NCBI GenBank assembly: GCA_963805945.1
Contig: CAWDVP010000002.1
Coordinates: forward strand, 160,001 to 224,000
Reading direction: 5' to 3'
Source of the DNA: Vulcanimicrobiota bacterium
Lineage (GTDB): Bacteria; Vulcanimicrobiota; Vulcanimicrobiia; Eremiobacterales; Eremiobacteraceae
DNA length: 64,000 nt
Both the position numbers and the translations under genes were made by a program. The notes beneath the pieces were generated by a model. The model saw nothing but the letters and a program-made list of their open reading frames with translations. It had not been told where the DNA came from and ran no database searches. Position 1 is the stretch's first letter. Each line of letters starts with the position of its first letter. Shown piece after piece: positions 19,863 to 29,820 of this stretch.

Positions 19863-20535
19863 CCAAAGGCGGCGACTCGTCGACCGCGGTTTGCCTCGCG
19901 AGGCGCCGCGGATCCTCGAAGAGGCGCGCCGCCACCGCACCGAAGATGAAGCCGCCCACATGGGCGAGGTATGCCACGCCGCCCGACTGCGCCGTCGCAA
20001 TGCTGCCGATGCTCACCAGCTGGAGCAAGAACCACATTCCGATCAGCAGCGCGGCCGAGATGTACGTGACCCGCACGAACACGAAGATGACGAGGAGCGT
20101 GCGGATATCATCGCGCGGGTAGGTGACCAAGAACGCGCCCATCACAGCGGCGATCGCGCCGCTCGCCCCGAGGTTGGGGACCGTGGAGTGCGGATCGAAC
20201 GTGACTTGGGCGAGCATCGCCGCCACGCCGCCGAAGAGGTAGAACACCGCGTAGCGCCACGGCCCCATCGCGTCCTCGATCTCCGGCCCGAAGGCCCACA
20301 AGAACACCATGTTGCCGATGATGTGCGACCAGCTCGCATGCATGAACATCGCGGTGAAGATCGTGATCAGGTGCTGGCCTGAGGAGATATCCGCCGGGAC
20401 CATCGACCACTGCGCCACGAACGTGTCGCCGTTGATCAGCTCGAGCACGAAGACGATCACGTTGACGATGATGATCGTCAATGTGACGCCGGGGAAATGC
20501 ACCGGGCGTCGTGAGACGTCGGTCAGCGGGATCAT
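19783..20535 (-). CDS. Rhomboid intramembrane serine protease
   Basis: AMFMHASWSHIIGNM, GASG, AYLAHVGGF. Confidence 0.93.
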   Translation of the reverse strand: MIPLTDVSRRPVHFPGVTLTIIIVNVIVFVLELINGDTFVAQWSMVPADISSGQHLITIFTAMFMHASWSHIIGNMVFLWAFGPEIEDAMGPWRYAVFYLFGGVAAMLAQVTFDPHSTVPNLGASGAIAAVMGAFLVTYPRDDIRTLLVIFVFVRVTYISAALLIGMWFLLQLVSIGSIATAQSGGVAYLAHVGGFIFGAVAARLFEDPRRLARQTAVDESPPLVKSYRPEARPDPASPTKRAGSGRTRP

Positions 20536-20538
20536 CGG

Positions 20539-20928
20539 CTAGTTCGCGCTGACGCCTGCCGGCATCGAGGAGTGCAAACCGTGCTCGTTGCCTTCGGTGT
20601 CCTTGAACATGGCCCAGCCGCCCCACGGTTCGTTGCGCGGCTCCTCCGTGAATTCGACGCCGGCCTTCTTGAGCTGCTCGAAGCTCGTGAAAACGTCGTC
20701 GACCTCGATGATGACGCCGCTCGGACCATCGACTTTGTGACGCATACGATCGGGCGAGTCGATCGCCAACGTGAGCGCCGTCTGCGCACCCTTCGGCGCG
20801 ACGGTCACCCAGCGCATGCCTTCGCCCATCGGAGCATCCATGGTCTTCTCCCAACCGAGCTTCTTGGTATAGAAGTCGATCGCGCGATCGAGATCGTTGA
20901 CGAAGACCGTCACCACCGAGATGTACAT
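20539..20928 (-). CDS. VOC/glyoxalase family protein
   Basis: VNDLDRAIDFYTKKLG, EPWGGWAMFKDTEGN. Confidence 0.9.
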   Translation of the reverse strand: MYISVVTVFVNDLDRAIDFYTKKLGWEKTMDAPMGEGMRWVTVAPKGAQTALTLAIDSPDRMRHKVDGPSGVIIEVDDVFTSFEQLKKAGVEFTEEPRNEPWGGWAMFKDTEGNEHGLHSSMPAGVSAN

Positions 20929-21094
20929 AGCCGTACCCCTTTCCGCGTTCGCAAGGACGCCACGGATTCGCCCGCTCCCCTCAGGCCTCCCTGCCGATTC
21001 TATGATGCGAAAAAATGCGTGCCTATAGCGGGAGAGAGAGGGAATAGCCGCGGCGACGCCGCAGGCTTGCGCCCCTTCTCAAGGAGACTCTCGT

Positions 21095-22081
21095 ATGCAA
21101 CAGCGTGCTCTCGGCCCGAACGGGCCCCAAGTGTCGGCGGTCGGCCTCGGCTGCATGGGTATGTCGGAGTTCTACGGACCCGCCGACGACGTGGAGTCGA
21201 TCGCCACCATCCACCGTGCCATCGAGCTTGGATGCTTCTTCCTCGACACGGCCGATGTGTACGGCCCGTACAAGAACGAAGTGCTCGTCGGCAAAGCGAT
21301 CGCGGGCAAGCGAGACAAGGTCTTCCTCGCCACCAAATTCGGCAACCAGCGCGGTCAGGACGGCTCGTGGCTGGGCGTCAACGGCAAACCGGAGTACGTC
21401 CGCGCGGCCTGCGAAGCATCGCTCAAGCGGCTCAACGTCGAGACGATCGACCTCTACTACCAGCATCGCGTCGACAAGGCCGTGCCCATCGAAGAGACGG
21501 TGGGCGCCATGGCATCGCTCGTCAAGGAAGGCAAAGTCCGCTACCTCGGGCTGAGCGAAGCCGCACCGGCGACCATCCGGCGTGCGCATGCCACACATCC
21601 CATCGCCGCGCTGCAGACCGAGTACTCGCTGTTCGCGCGCGATGTGGAGAGCGAGATATTGCCGACGTGCCGTGAGCTTGGGCTGGGATTCGTCGCCTAC
21701 AGCCCCTTAGGGCGCGGGCTGCTCACCGGCGTCATCGTCGATACCGCAGGCCTTCCCGAGGGCGACGGGCGCAAGACCGATCGTTTTCCAAGGTTCCAAA
21801 GCGAGAACTTCCAGCAGAATCTCGCGTTGGTGCAGCTGCTAAGGGAGATCGCGACGGGCAAGGGAGTGACGCCGGCGCAGCTCGCGCTCGCATGGCTGTT
21901 GCACCAAGGGCAGGATATCGTGCCTATCCCGGGCACCAAGCACCGCACGCGTCTCGAGGAGAACTGCGCAGCGGTCGACGTCGTGCTCTCTAAAGAAGAT
22001 CTCACCCGCATCGACGAGGTCGCCCGACCAGGCGCGTTCGCCGGCCAGCGCTACGCCGACATGAGCAACGTCAACGCCTGA
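21095..22081 (+). CDS. Aldo/keto reductase
   Basis: [35 protein letters not shown]. Confidence 0.95.
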   Translation: MQQRALGPNGPQVSAVGLGCMGMSEFYGPADDVESIATIHRAIELGCFFLDTADVYGPYKNEVLVGKAIAGKRDKVFLATKFGNQRGQDGSWLGVNGKPEYVRAACEASLKRLNVETIDLYYQHRVDKAVPIEETVGAMASLVKEGKVRYLGLSEAAPATIRRAHATHPIAALQTEYSLFARDVESEILPTCRELGLGFVAYSPLGRGLLTGVIVDTAGLPEGDGRKTDRFPRFQSENFQQNLALVQLLREIATGKGVTPAQLALAWLLHQGQDIVPIPGTKHRTRLEENCAAVDVVLSKEDLTRIDEVARPGAFAGQRYADMSNVNA

Positions 22082-23333
22082 CGGCCCCTGGCGCGTCGCA
22101 CGCGTGCGCGCGTTGTTCGAGAAAACGGCGCTCCATAGGGTTACGCGCCAGCGCGAGCGCGGCGAGAAAATGTTTGCGCGCGACCTCTCCCCTGCCGGCG
22201 CGCAGCTCGAGGTCGCCCAGCGCCGCCGAGTAGAACGGATATGCGGCGAGGCGATCGCGGTCGGCGATCGCCCGGATCTCCTCGAGCCCGCGCTCGGGGC
22301 CTTCGTGCTGCGCGATGGCGATCGCGCGGTTGAGCGCGACGACGGGCGATGAGCGTATCTTCAGCAGCGCATCGTAGAGCCTGACGATGGCCCCCCAATC
22401 CGTGTCTTCCGCGCGCGCCGCGCGCGCGTGCACCGCGGCGATCGCCGCTTCCACATGATACTCGGTCAGCTCGGCGCCGGTCGCCGAGCGTTCGAGCAGC
22501 GCCTCACCGCGCGCGATGAGCGCGGCGTCCCAACGCGTTCGATCCTGTTCGAAGAACGAGGCCAGGCCGCCATCGTCGACGCGCGCCGGCAGCCGCGCCG
22601 CGTGAAGATGCATGAGGGCGCAAAGCGCGTACGTCTCCGGAGTCGCCGCGAGCGGATGATCGAGCAGCAGCCCGCCCAGGCGCATCGCCTCACGGCACAG
22701 CTCCGCCCGCACGGTGGCCTCGGGCGACGCGCCATGATACCCTTCGTTGAACAGCAGGTACAGCGCGCGGTGGACCGCCGACAACCGCGCCGAGAACTCG
22801 CGGTCCGCGAGGTCGAACAGCGTCTGCGAGGACGCAAGCACCTTCTTGGCGCGCGAGATGCGCTTCTCGATCCCGGCGCGGCCGCTCAGGAACGCGCTTG
22901 CGATCTCGCCGGTGCTGAAGCCGCACACGAGCTGAAGCACGAGCGCGATCTGCGCCGGTTCGGAGATCCGCGGATGGCAGCATGAGAACATCATGCGCAG
23001 CTGATCGTCTTTGATCGCGTTCGCGCCGAAGAGCTCGGTCACGGTTGGGACCAGCGTCCACTCGCTTTCGAGAAGGCGCCCGAGTTCCGGCGCGTAGTCA
23101 CGGGCGGTGCGTTCGCGCCGCAGGACGTCGATCGCGCGGTTCTTCGCCGTCCGCATGAGCCATGCCGATGGATTGTCCGGCACGCCGCGGATCTGCCAGA
23201 TCTCCAACGCGCGGCAGAAGGCGTCTTGGACGACGTCTTCCGCCAGCGCGAGGTTGTGGAGACCGAAGATGCGTGTGAGGGCGGCGACCATGCGCCCCGC
23301 CTCGCGGCGGAACAGATGCTCGCCGGGTTCCAT
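22071..23333 (-). CDS. ECF sigma factor with C-terminal TPR extension (ECF42-type)
   Basis: [65 protein letters not shown]. Confidence 0.9.
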   Translation of the reverse strand: MEPGEHLFRREAGRMVAALTRIFGLHNLALAEDVVQDAFCRALEIWQIRGVPDNPSAWLMRTAKNRAIDVLRRERTARDYAPELGRLLESEWTLVPTVTELFGANAIKDDQLRMMFSCCHPRISEPAQIALVLQLVCGFSTGEIASAFLSGRAGIEKRISRAKKVLASSQTLFDLADREFSARLSAVHRALYLLFNEGYHGASPEATVRAELCREAMRLGGLLLDHPLAATPETYALCALMHLHAARLPARVDDGGLASFFEQDRTRWDAALIARGEALLERSATGAELTEYHVEAAIAAVHARAARAEDTDWGAIVRLYDALLKIRSSPVVALNRAIAIAQHEGPERGLEEIRAIADRDRLAAYPFYSAALGDLELRAGRGEVARKHFLAALALARNPMERRFLEQRAHACDAPGAVRR

Positions 23334-23665
23334 CACATCTCCATGACGGGGCGGACTTCCACGAGACCGCCGCCCTCGAAGATCGGGCAGCCCTTGGAGA
23401 GCTCCGCCGCGTGTGACAGATCCTTGGCTTCGACCAGCGTGTAGCCGCCGACGACGTCCTTGGTCTCGGCGTACGGGCCGTCGGTGACGCTCTTGTCCTT
23501 GCGGACGACCTTGCCTTCGGATTCCAGCGGCTGTCCGCGATCCTTGATGTGACCCTTCTTGCCGAGGTCCTCCATCCAGGCGACCCATTTCTGCATCACC
23601 TTCTCGCCTTGCTCCGGCGTCTGGGCGCGCTCGCCACCGCGGTAGATGTACAAGAATTGACCCAT
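23333..23665 (-). CDS. YciI/DGPF-family protein
   Basis: VTDGPYAETKDVVGGY, VEVRPV; translationally coupled to the ECF sigma gene. Confidence 0.9.
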   Translation of the reverse strand: MGQFLYIYRGGERAQTPEQGEKVMQKWVAWMEDLGKKGHIKDRGQPLESEGKVVRKDKSVTDGPYAETKDVVGGYTLVEAKDLSHAAELSKGCPIFEGGGLVEVRPVMEM

Positions 23666-23744
23666 GATCGTTCCTCCTGAAGAATGGGCGCCTTTGCGGC
23701 ACCTCGACCCTACGACGTTTGAAGGACCCAGCGGCGGACACTTG

Positions 23745-25022
23745 TCAGATGGAATATTCCACCGGGTTTTGCGCGTCCTTATAGCCCTCGTCGAAAGCGG
23801 TCTGCAGGTCGGTCGCGTCGTTGAAGCCCATCATGGTCAGCTTCAGCGGCTGCGGCGGACGTATGACGCGGATCTTGATCGGCTGCCAATCCTTCATCTG
23901 GATCGTCTCCAGCAGCGCGACGGTGGACTTGCTCAAGCCCTTGTAGTCGCGATATCGGGAGAGCAAGTTCCGCGCCAGAGAAAGCCGTAGGTCGCCTTCC
24001 AGCAATTCGCGCTGCGTCACGTTGAACGAACCCGACAGCAGCAGCGGCAGCGTGTCCGGCTGCTTGCCCATGCCTTCGCCTGGAGCGCTTGCGATGATCA
24101 CCGTGACATCAGTGGCGCCGGCATGGACCGAGGTGCTGACGGGGGTGTTGTTGGCGACGCCGCCGTCGACGAAGAGATTCGTGGTGCCGAGCTCCGCGAT
24201 CGGGATATCCACCGGCTGGAACACGCCGGGCACCGCCGCCGAGCCGAGTACGACCTTGACCAGGTTGTCATCCGTGAGCTTGTAGCGTCCGTTGCTCGGC
24301 GACGCGGTCGCCCCCGCGCCATTGGTCGACTCGACCACAAGCCGCCGTAGGAACAGCTGCGTCCTCTGCTCGCTCGTCGGACCAACGAAGTGGTAGAACG
24401 TGTCCGAGGTGAAATGCGTCATATTGGTCCCGGTCATGATGAGGCTGGTCTTCATGTCGGCGAGGGTGAACGGATTCTTGCGCACCAGCGCGTCGAGCCC
24501 GTCGCTGCTCACGACGCCCATGATGTGCGCGAGCTGCTCCTTCGGCCCCATCGCCTTGAGCTCGCTGTTCGCTTTGGTCAGGTAGCGGAATTTCGCAGGC
24601 CAACCGTGCTCCGACGACTCTTGGAAGGCTTCACCGGCGTTGAGCGCGTGTTGCGCCGGCGGTATCAATTGGAGGATGTCCGCTTGCGGCATGTCCAGCC
24701 ATAGTTGCCCGACTTGCGCGATCGATGCGCTGCTCGCGCGCGCGGCGAAGACGGTGTTGATCGAACCCGCCGACGTGCCGCAGATGAGGTCGAACGGCGG
24801 CCCGTTGGTGTCGATGTCCTTGAAGAGCCACTTGAGGACGCCCGCCTCGTACGCGCCGCGTGCGCCGGCGCCGCTGAGCACGAGCGCGCGGGTCGGGATC
24901 TTCGGCTTGAGCGGCGGCGGCAAAGGATACCACGGCGGCAGGGCCGCTGCAGCGGGGGCCGCCCCGCTTAGCGCGCCGAGCGCCGCCAGCGACGAGAGAA
25001 AACCTGATCGTGAGACGCGCAT
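23745..25022 (-). CDS. Patatin-like phospholipase with a Tat-like leader
   Basis: LSGAGARG, GTSAG, DGG motifs; N-terminus MRVSRSGFLSSLAALGAL. Confidence 0.88.
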   Translation of the reverse strand: MRVSRSGFLSSLAALGALSGAAPAAAALPPWYPLPPPLKPKIPTRALVLSGAGARGAYEAGVLKWLFKDIDTNGPPFDLICGTSAGSINTVFAARASSASIAQVGQLWLDMPQADILQLIPPAQHALNAGEAFQESSEHGWPAKFRYLTKANSELKAMGPKEQLAHIMGVVSSDGLDALVRKNPFTLADMKTSLIMTGTNMTHFTSDTFYHFVGPTSEQRTQLFLRRLVVESTNGAGATASPSNGRYKLTDDNLVKVVLGSAAVPGVFQPVDIPIAELGTTNLFVDGGVANNTPVSTSVHAGATDVTVIIASAPGEGMGKQPDTLPLLLSGSFNVTQRELLEGDLRLSLARNLLSRYRDYKGLSKSTVALLETIQMKDWQPIKIRVIRPPQPLKLTMMGFNDATDLQTAFDEGYKDAQNPVEYSI

Positions 25023-25191
25023 AAGTCGTGCGACCTTTCCGTCAATGAGGCGAGCGGGAGTGCTTCTTCGACCGAACAGCGGCGCACCTGTGTCCCGTAA
25101 CGTAATGGTCGCATCACGACGCACGAGAAACGTCGTATCACCCAACAGACCAGGCTTGGCCTTTTCGCTTTCTTCTCGCTAGGGGGATCAC

Positions 25192-25767
25192 ATGGCTATC
25201 GCACAAGGGCTTTTTGACGCAGTTCAGAGTCATTGGTGGGTTCTGCTCGTCCGCGGCATCGTCGGCGTCGTCTTCGGCTTGCTCTTCATGTTCTATCCCG
25301 GCATGTCGCTGCTCGCGCTCATCTATCTGTTCGGCGCCTATGCGCTCGTCGACGGCGTCTTCGCCCTCATCCAGATGTTCCGGCTCGGCGTCCACAGCGA
25401 CCGCTTCTGGCCGCTGCTGTTCGAGGCGATCGTCGGCATCGCGGTCGGCATCATCTTCTTCCGCTTCCCCGGCTTCAGCGCTCTCACGGTCGCCTTCGTG
25501 ATCGCCATCTGGGCGATCGCGACCGGCATCTTCGAGCTGGTCGCCGCCTTCCGCTACGACGACGCCGGCGGTTCGCGCTGGCTGCTCGGACTCGGCGGCG
25601 TGCTGTCGATCATCGTCGGCATCTTGTTCGCCGTCGCGCCGGCGCCGGCGCTCCTCGCCTACGTCTGGGTGCTCGGCATCTACGCGGTCATCTTCGGCAT
25701 CATGCTGATCGTGTGGAGTCTGCGGCTCAAGGGAGCCAAACTTCCGGGTGCTGCTGCGGCAGCCTAG
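25192..25767 (+). CDS. HdeD/DUF308 family membrane protein
   Basis: WWVLLVRGI..., FGAYALVDG, AIWAIATGIFEL, LGIYAVIFG. Confidence 0.88.
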   Translation: MAIAQGLFDAVQSHWWVLLVRGIVGVVFGLLFMFYPGMSLLALIYLFGAYALVDGVFALIQMFRLGVHSDRFWPLLFEAIVGIAVGIIFFRFPGFSALTVAFVIAIWAIATGIFELVAAFRYDDAGGSRWLLGLGGVLSIIVGILFAVAPAPALLAYVWVLGIYAVIFGIMLIVWSLRLKGAKLPGAAAAA

Positions 25768-25794
25768 GTCACGATCCCGAGCTTTGCTCGGGCG

Positions 25795-26391
25795 CTACAG
25801 CGCCGAGTAGCGCTTGATCGCTTTCTCGGCCGGGGTATGGCCGCGCTTGACGGCTTCGCGCCAATAGTCGAGCGCGGCTTTTCTATCGCCGACGTGGAGA
25901 TTGGCCCAGCCCGCGTAATCCCAGGTGAACCCGTTGGCCGGGTCGTTGCGCGTCGAAAGCTCGCACGCGTCGCGCGCCTTCGCGTAGTCCTTGCCCATCT
26001 CGTAATAGGTTCGACAGAGATCAAAGGCGAGCGCGCCGTTGTGCGGGTTAAAGGACAGCCCGCCTTTGAGCGTGTCCACCGCTTGTTGATACGTGCTGTG
26101 GTCGCGCGTGCCCATCATATACAGCTCGCTCTAAGCCGATCCAGCCTTCTGGAACCCGCGCATCCACAGCGATCGCCTTGCGGTAGTAGTGCTCGGCGGT
26201 CTTCAGCCGCAACATATGTTCGAAGCTCACGCCGCGGTAGTAGACGGCGAATGCGAACAGCGGCCGGAACAAGAACCAGCCCCCGACCAGCACGATCGCG
26301 AGGATGATCCAGCGGTCGTAGGTCTTGACGATGTACGGCCGCGCATCGGCCGGCGCCGACGCGTGCGCCAGCCGCCTGCGTCCTGCGTCAT
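25795..26391 (-). CDS. Membrane-anchored TPR protein, split by about 2 indels (~26370, ~26128)
   Basis: Joined frames give ...YDRWIILAIVLVGGW...AEHYYRKAIAVD...AWDYAGWANLHVGDRKAALDYWREA-type TPR helices. Confidence 0.6.
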
Positions 26392-27077
26392 GCGATCACC
26401 GCGAAGAAGAGCGCGAGGAAGACGAGCACGTAGCCAGCGGCCATCTCGGCTGCGACGTGCCATTTCTTCACGACCGGATTGTGCGCGTACCACGGGCCTA
26501 GCAAGCCTGCGGCGAATACCGGCATGCCGTGGCCGATACCGAAGAACAGCATGAGCAGCGCGCCGAGCCCGAGCTGGCCCTGGAAGGTCGTCACGCCGAG
26601 CGCGCCGATCATGAACGGCGTCGCGTCGGGAGAGATGAGAAACGCGAAGCCGACGCCGAGCAGAAAGGCGCCGGAAGGGCCATGCCCGACGAGGTCAGGC
26701 AGCGGCAGCTTCCAGCGCACCTCGACGAGCCGGATCATCGACAGGCCCATGAGCAAGCACAGCGCCGCCGTGAAGTAGTAGAGGAAGCCGGTGACGGTGA
26801 GCAGCGCGCCGAACGAGCCGGCCAGCGCGCCGACGCTTGTGTATACCGCGCAGATGCCCGCGACGAATGCCAGGGCCAGGAGCGCCGCGCCGCCGAGCCC
26901 TTTGGCCTCCCGCCCCGCGTAGTTGACGATGGCGACCATGCGCGGCACGCTCGAAGGGCTCAGACTGCTCAGCACGCCGCCCAGGACCATGAGCGCGAGG
27001 GCGTACCCAAGATGCTCGTGGACGACGTCCTTAAGCCGGTCGACGACCGCGTAGATATTGCCGTAGTCCATATCCAT
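26388..27077 (-). CDS. CcdA/DsbD-type cytochrome c biogenesis membrane protein (Cys-less variant)
   Basis: GVLSSLSPSSVP and ISPDATP sit where CcdA has (S/T)PC..P and PC..P; about 6 TM helices. Confidence 0.7.
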   Translation of the reverse strand: MDMDYGNIYAVVDRLKDVVHEHLGYALALMVLGGVLSSLSPSSVPRMVAIVNYAGREAKGLGGAALLALAFVAGICAVYTSVGALAGSFGALLTVTGFLYYFTAALCLLMGLSMIRLVEVRWKLPLPDLVGHGPSGAFLLGVGFAFLISPDATPFMIGALGVTTFQGQLGLGALLMLFFGIGHGMPVFAAGLLGPWYAHNPVVKKWHVAAEMAAGYVLVFLALFFAVIA

Positions 27078-27180
27078 ACTTCTAATGATATCGGCAGCAT
27101 AGCGACGGAATCCGCAGCAAGGGCGACCGCCCGCCGGGGCCGGGCAGTGGTCGGCGGGCCCGCCGCAGAACACGGACAGC

Positions 27181-27413
27181 GTGATCTCACCGGCCGCCCT
27201 CTCCGACCTCATCAAACCGCTGCCCTGCCGGGCGCGATGGTCCAAGTCCGCGACCTCACGGGGACCGCCGATCACTACAACGTGCGCATCGTCTCCAATG
27301 GCTTCGCCGGCATGGCGCCGCTCGACCGCCACCGGCTCGTGTACAAAGCGGTCAGCGAAGCGATGAAAGACGGGCGCTTGCATGCGTTGGAGATACGCGC
27401 GGACGTCCCATGA
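27181..27413 (+). CDS. BolA family protein (indel near 27215)
   Basis: MISPAALSDLIK / ALPGAMVQVRDLTGTADHYNVRIVSNGFAGMAPLDRHRLVY...LHALEI. Confidence 0.85.
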
Positions 27414-27423
27414 GGAAGCGACG

Positions 27424-27756
27424 ATGACTGACGATCTCAAACCGAAGATCGAAGAAGAGATAAAGACCAACAAAGTACTCGTCTACGGCAAAGGCACGAA
27501 GACGGCGCCGCGCTGCGGCTTCACCGCGGAGACGATCGCGTTCTTCGCGCGCTTCGGCTATCCGTTCGAGGTGATCGACGTCCTCGACGATATGCCCAAG
27601 CGCCAGGCGCTCACCGAGATGACCGACTGGCCGACGCTGCCGAAGGTGTTCATCAACGGCACGTTCTACGGCGACACGGACATCCTCGGCCCGATGGATG
27701 AGCGCGGCGAGCTCAAGCCGCTGCTCGACGAGGCCTTCAAGGCGCCGGTCCGCTAA
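27424..27756 (+). CDS. grxD: Monothiol glutaredoxin (CGFT active site)
   Basis: KGTKTAPRCGFT, WPTLPKVFING; follows bolA. Confidence 0.85.
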   Translation: MTDDLKPKIEEEIKTNKVLVYGKGTKTAPRCGFTAETIAFFARFGYPFEVIDVLDDMPKRQALTEMTDWPTLPKVFINGTFYGDTDILGPMDERGELKPLLDEAFKAPVR

Positions 27757-27853
27757 GGACCCGAGCTCGCTCACGGGAGGCGGGCTTTTGCGTCGAAGCG
27801 AAAGAGCGCTGCTCGGCGCGTCTTAGACGTGCCGTGATTTTCCTCCACGCGCT

Positions 27854-29344
27854 TTGGGGACCGCAGACGTGAGCGCTCGACCAGCGGGAAGCACGACCCG
27901 CACGGCTCCTCGATTCGAACGGCCGCCGGGCGCGTTCACGGCGGGCGCCGTTCTGGCCGTCGCGCTGCTCGTCTCTGTCGCCGGCTCATGGGTCACGTAC
28001 ACGAACCTGCGCGGCGCCTTCGATCAGCACGTCGCGGTGGAGCAGGCGAAAGACGCGCTCTCCCAGCTCTTCCAACTGCAGCTCGACCAAGAGACCGGGC
28101 TGCGCGGCTTCGTCTCGACGGGTCAGAGCGTCTTCCTCGAACCCTACGAAGCGGCGGAGCCGCAATACAAGTCGCTGTTCACGCAGCTCGAACGCTACGT
28201 CAACCAGACCAATGTGCAGGGCGCATCGGCGCCGCTGCTCGACCTGCGCCGGCAGCACTTCCTCTGGAAGACGCAAGTCGCGCAGCCGCTCATCAAGAAC
28301 CCCAACGATCCGAATGCGGTCCGCCTGCTCGAAAACGGCAAGATCATCATGGACCGATCGCGCGGGGACTATCGCGAGCTTGCAGGCGTGCTCGACACGA
28401 GATTCGACCGCTCTTTTGAAGAGTCGTTCGTGCTGCTGAAGCGGGAGGGCGCGCTCACGGCGGCGCTCATCGCCTTGTTCGGCCTCGCGGCGATCGTCGC
28501 GGACGCGTATCGCAGCCGCTCGCAAGCCGCGTTGAAGCGCGAGCGCGGGGTCACCGACACCCTGCAGCGCGCGTTCCTGAGCGGATGGGATATGCTGCCT
28601 CACTTGCGGGTGGGCACCGCATACCTCTCTTCGACGCGCGACGCCGCGGTGGGCGGCGACCTCTTCGACGTCCACCGGCTCGACGAACATCGTGCCATGC
28701 TGCTGGTGGCGGATATCAGCGGCAAGGGCCTGTCGGCCGCGGTCGAGACCGCGCAGGTGAAGTATTCGGTGCGCACCCTGACCGAAGTCGAAGGCGATCC
28801 CGCGGTGGTCCTCGAGCGCTTCAACACGACGTTCATGCGGTCGGCGCCGGAGCCGGACGCCTTCGTGAGCGTCTTCGTGGGCGTGCTCGACGACCGTGAT
28901 CTCACGCTTGAATACGCGAGCGCGGGGCATGGCTCTGCTTTTGTCCGTGCCGGCGGCCAGGTCTCGGCGCTCCCGGTGACAGGCCCGGTGATCGGGCTCG
29001 TTGACGGCCAGCAGTACACGAAGGGCCACGTGACCCTGGCCGTCGGCGACCTCATCGTCCTGGCGACCGACGGCCTCACCGAGGCGCGCGATAAGGCCGG
29101 GGTCATGCTCGGCGAGGATCAGGCGATCGCATGGATCGCACGGGCCAATTCCGACCCACAGCGCCTCGTCGACGAGATCGTGACGCAGCTCAAGAGCTAC
29201 GGCGGCGGGCGCATCACCGACGACCTCGCGCTGCTGGTGATCCGCATGCAACGCGCCCCGGCCGGGGCGGCGGTTTCCGCAGAGCATGTCGAACGGCATG
29301 ATGTCATCGCCTCGCGGCCCGAAGCTGTGCCGGACGAGCCGTAA
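27854..29344 (+). CDS. CHASE3 sensor plus SpoIIE/RsbU-type PP2C phosphatase
   Basis: TM-DQETGLRGF..FLEPY (CHASE3)-TM, VGGDLFD, ADISGKG, TDGLTEA, DDLALLV. Confidence 0.9.
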   Translation: MGTADVSARPAGSTTRTAPRFERPPGAFTAGAVLAVALLVSVAGSWVTYTNLRGAFDQHVAVEQAKDALSQLFQLQLDQETGLRGFVSTGQSVFLEPYEAAEPQYKSLFTQLERYVNQTNVQGASAPLLDLRRQHFLWKTQVAQPLIKNPNDPNAVRLLENGKIIMDRSRGDYRELAGVLDTRFDRSFEESFVLLKREGALTAALIALFGLAAIVADAYRSRSQAALKRERGVTDTLQRAFLSGWDMLPHLRVGTAYLSSTRDAAVGGDLFDVHRLDEHRAMLLVADISGKGLSAAVETAQVKYSVRTLTEVEGDPAVVLERFNTTFMRSAPEPDAFVSVFVGVLDDRDLTLEYASAGHGSAFVRAGGQVSALPVTGPVIGLVDGQQYTKGHVTLAVGDLIVLATDGLTEARDKAGVMLGEDQAIAWIARANSDPQRLVDEIVTQLKSYGGGRITDDLALLVIRMQRAPAGAAVSAEHVERHDVIASRPEAVPDEP

Positions 29345-29556
29345 TGGCACGCGCCGGATTCGCCTGCGAGGACTGCGGCGAGATCGTGTGGCTGCCGCAA
29401 GGGGCGACCCATCTGCGCTGGCTGCGCGACCGCGAGCATATCGCGCACGAAGTGGCCGAACACTCCTCGTCGGGGCTCGACCTATGGATGAGCGACGGTT
29501 TGCGCTTTCTTGCGGACCACCGGGGCCACAGCATCCTCGTCCTCACCGAATCGTAA
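29344..29556 (+). CDS. 70-aa hypothetical protein, putative Zn-binding (CxxC...HxxH)
   Basis: ATG overlaps the phosphatase stop (TAATG); ACEDCG and FLADHRGH. Confidence 0.75.
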   Translation: MARAGFACEDCGEIVWLPQGATHLRWLRDREHIAHEVAEHSSSGLDLWMSDGLRFLADHRGHSILVLTES

Positions 29557-29567
29557 GCCACACATGG

Positions 29568-29597
29568 GAAGGGGAGCGAATCTCTTCGCTCCCCTTC
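29568..29597. terminator. Perfect 13-bp hairpin between convergent genes
   Basis: GAAGGGGAGCGAA-TCTC-TTCGCTCCCCTTC. Confidence 0.7.
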
Positions 29598-29612
29598 TCA
29601 GACGTCTCGCGT

Positions 29613-29726
29613 CTAGTGGCGCTTGCGTCTCTTGACTGCGACCTTGGCCTTGACCCGGCGCTTGGCCTTTCTGACTTTTCTCTTGACCTTGGCCTTTGCG
29701 ACGGCTTTCTTCCTTCTCTTTGCCAT
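29613..29726 (-). CDS. 37-aa Lys/Arg-rich basic peptide (histone H1/protamine-like)
   Basis: MAKRRKKAVAKAKVKRKVRKAKRRVKAKVAVKRRKRH; GGGGTGAG RBS upstream and hairpin downstream. Confidence 0.75.
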   Translation of the reverse strand: MAKRRKKAVAKAKVKRKVRKAKRRVKAKVAVKRRKRH

Positions 29727-29820
29727 GAATGACTCACCCCCATTCTACGGAGTAAATGGATGTGACTCGCTCTTACTGAGCTTGTAGGGCCACGTTGTCC
29801 GGCGTGCGCTTCATCTCCTT

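Noticed and set aside
29286..29743. ORFs 29286..29732(+) and 29543..29743(-)
   Set aside because: They are alternative frames over the 70-aa gene, the hairpin and the basic peptide, each of which has better start signals.
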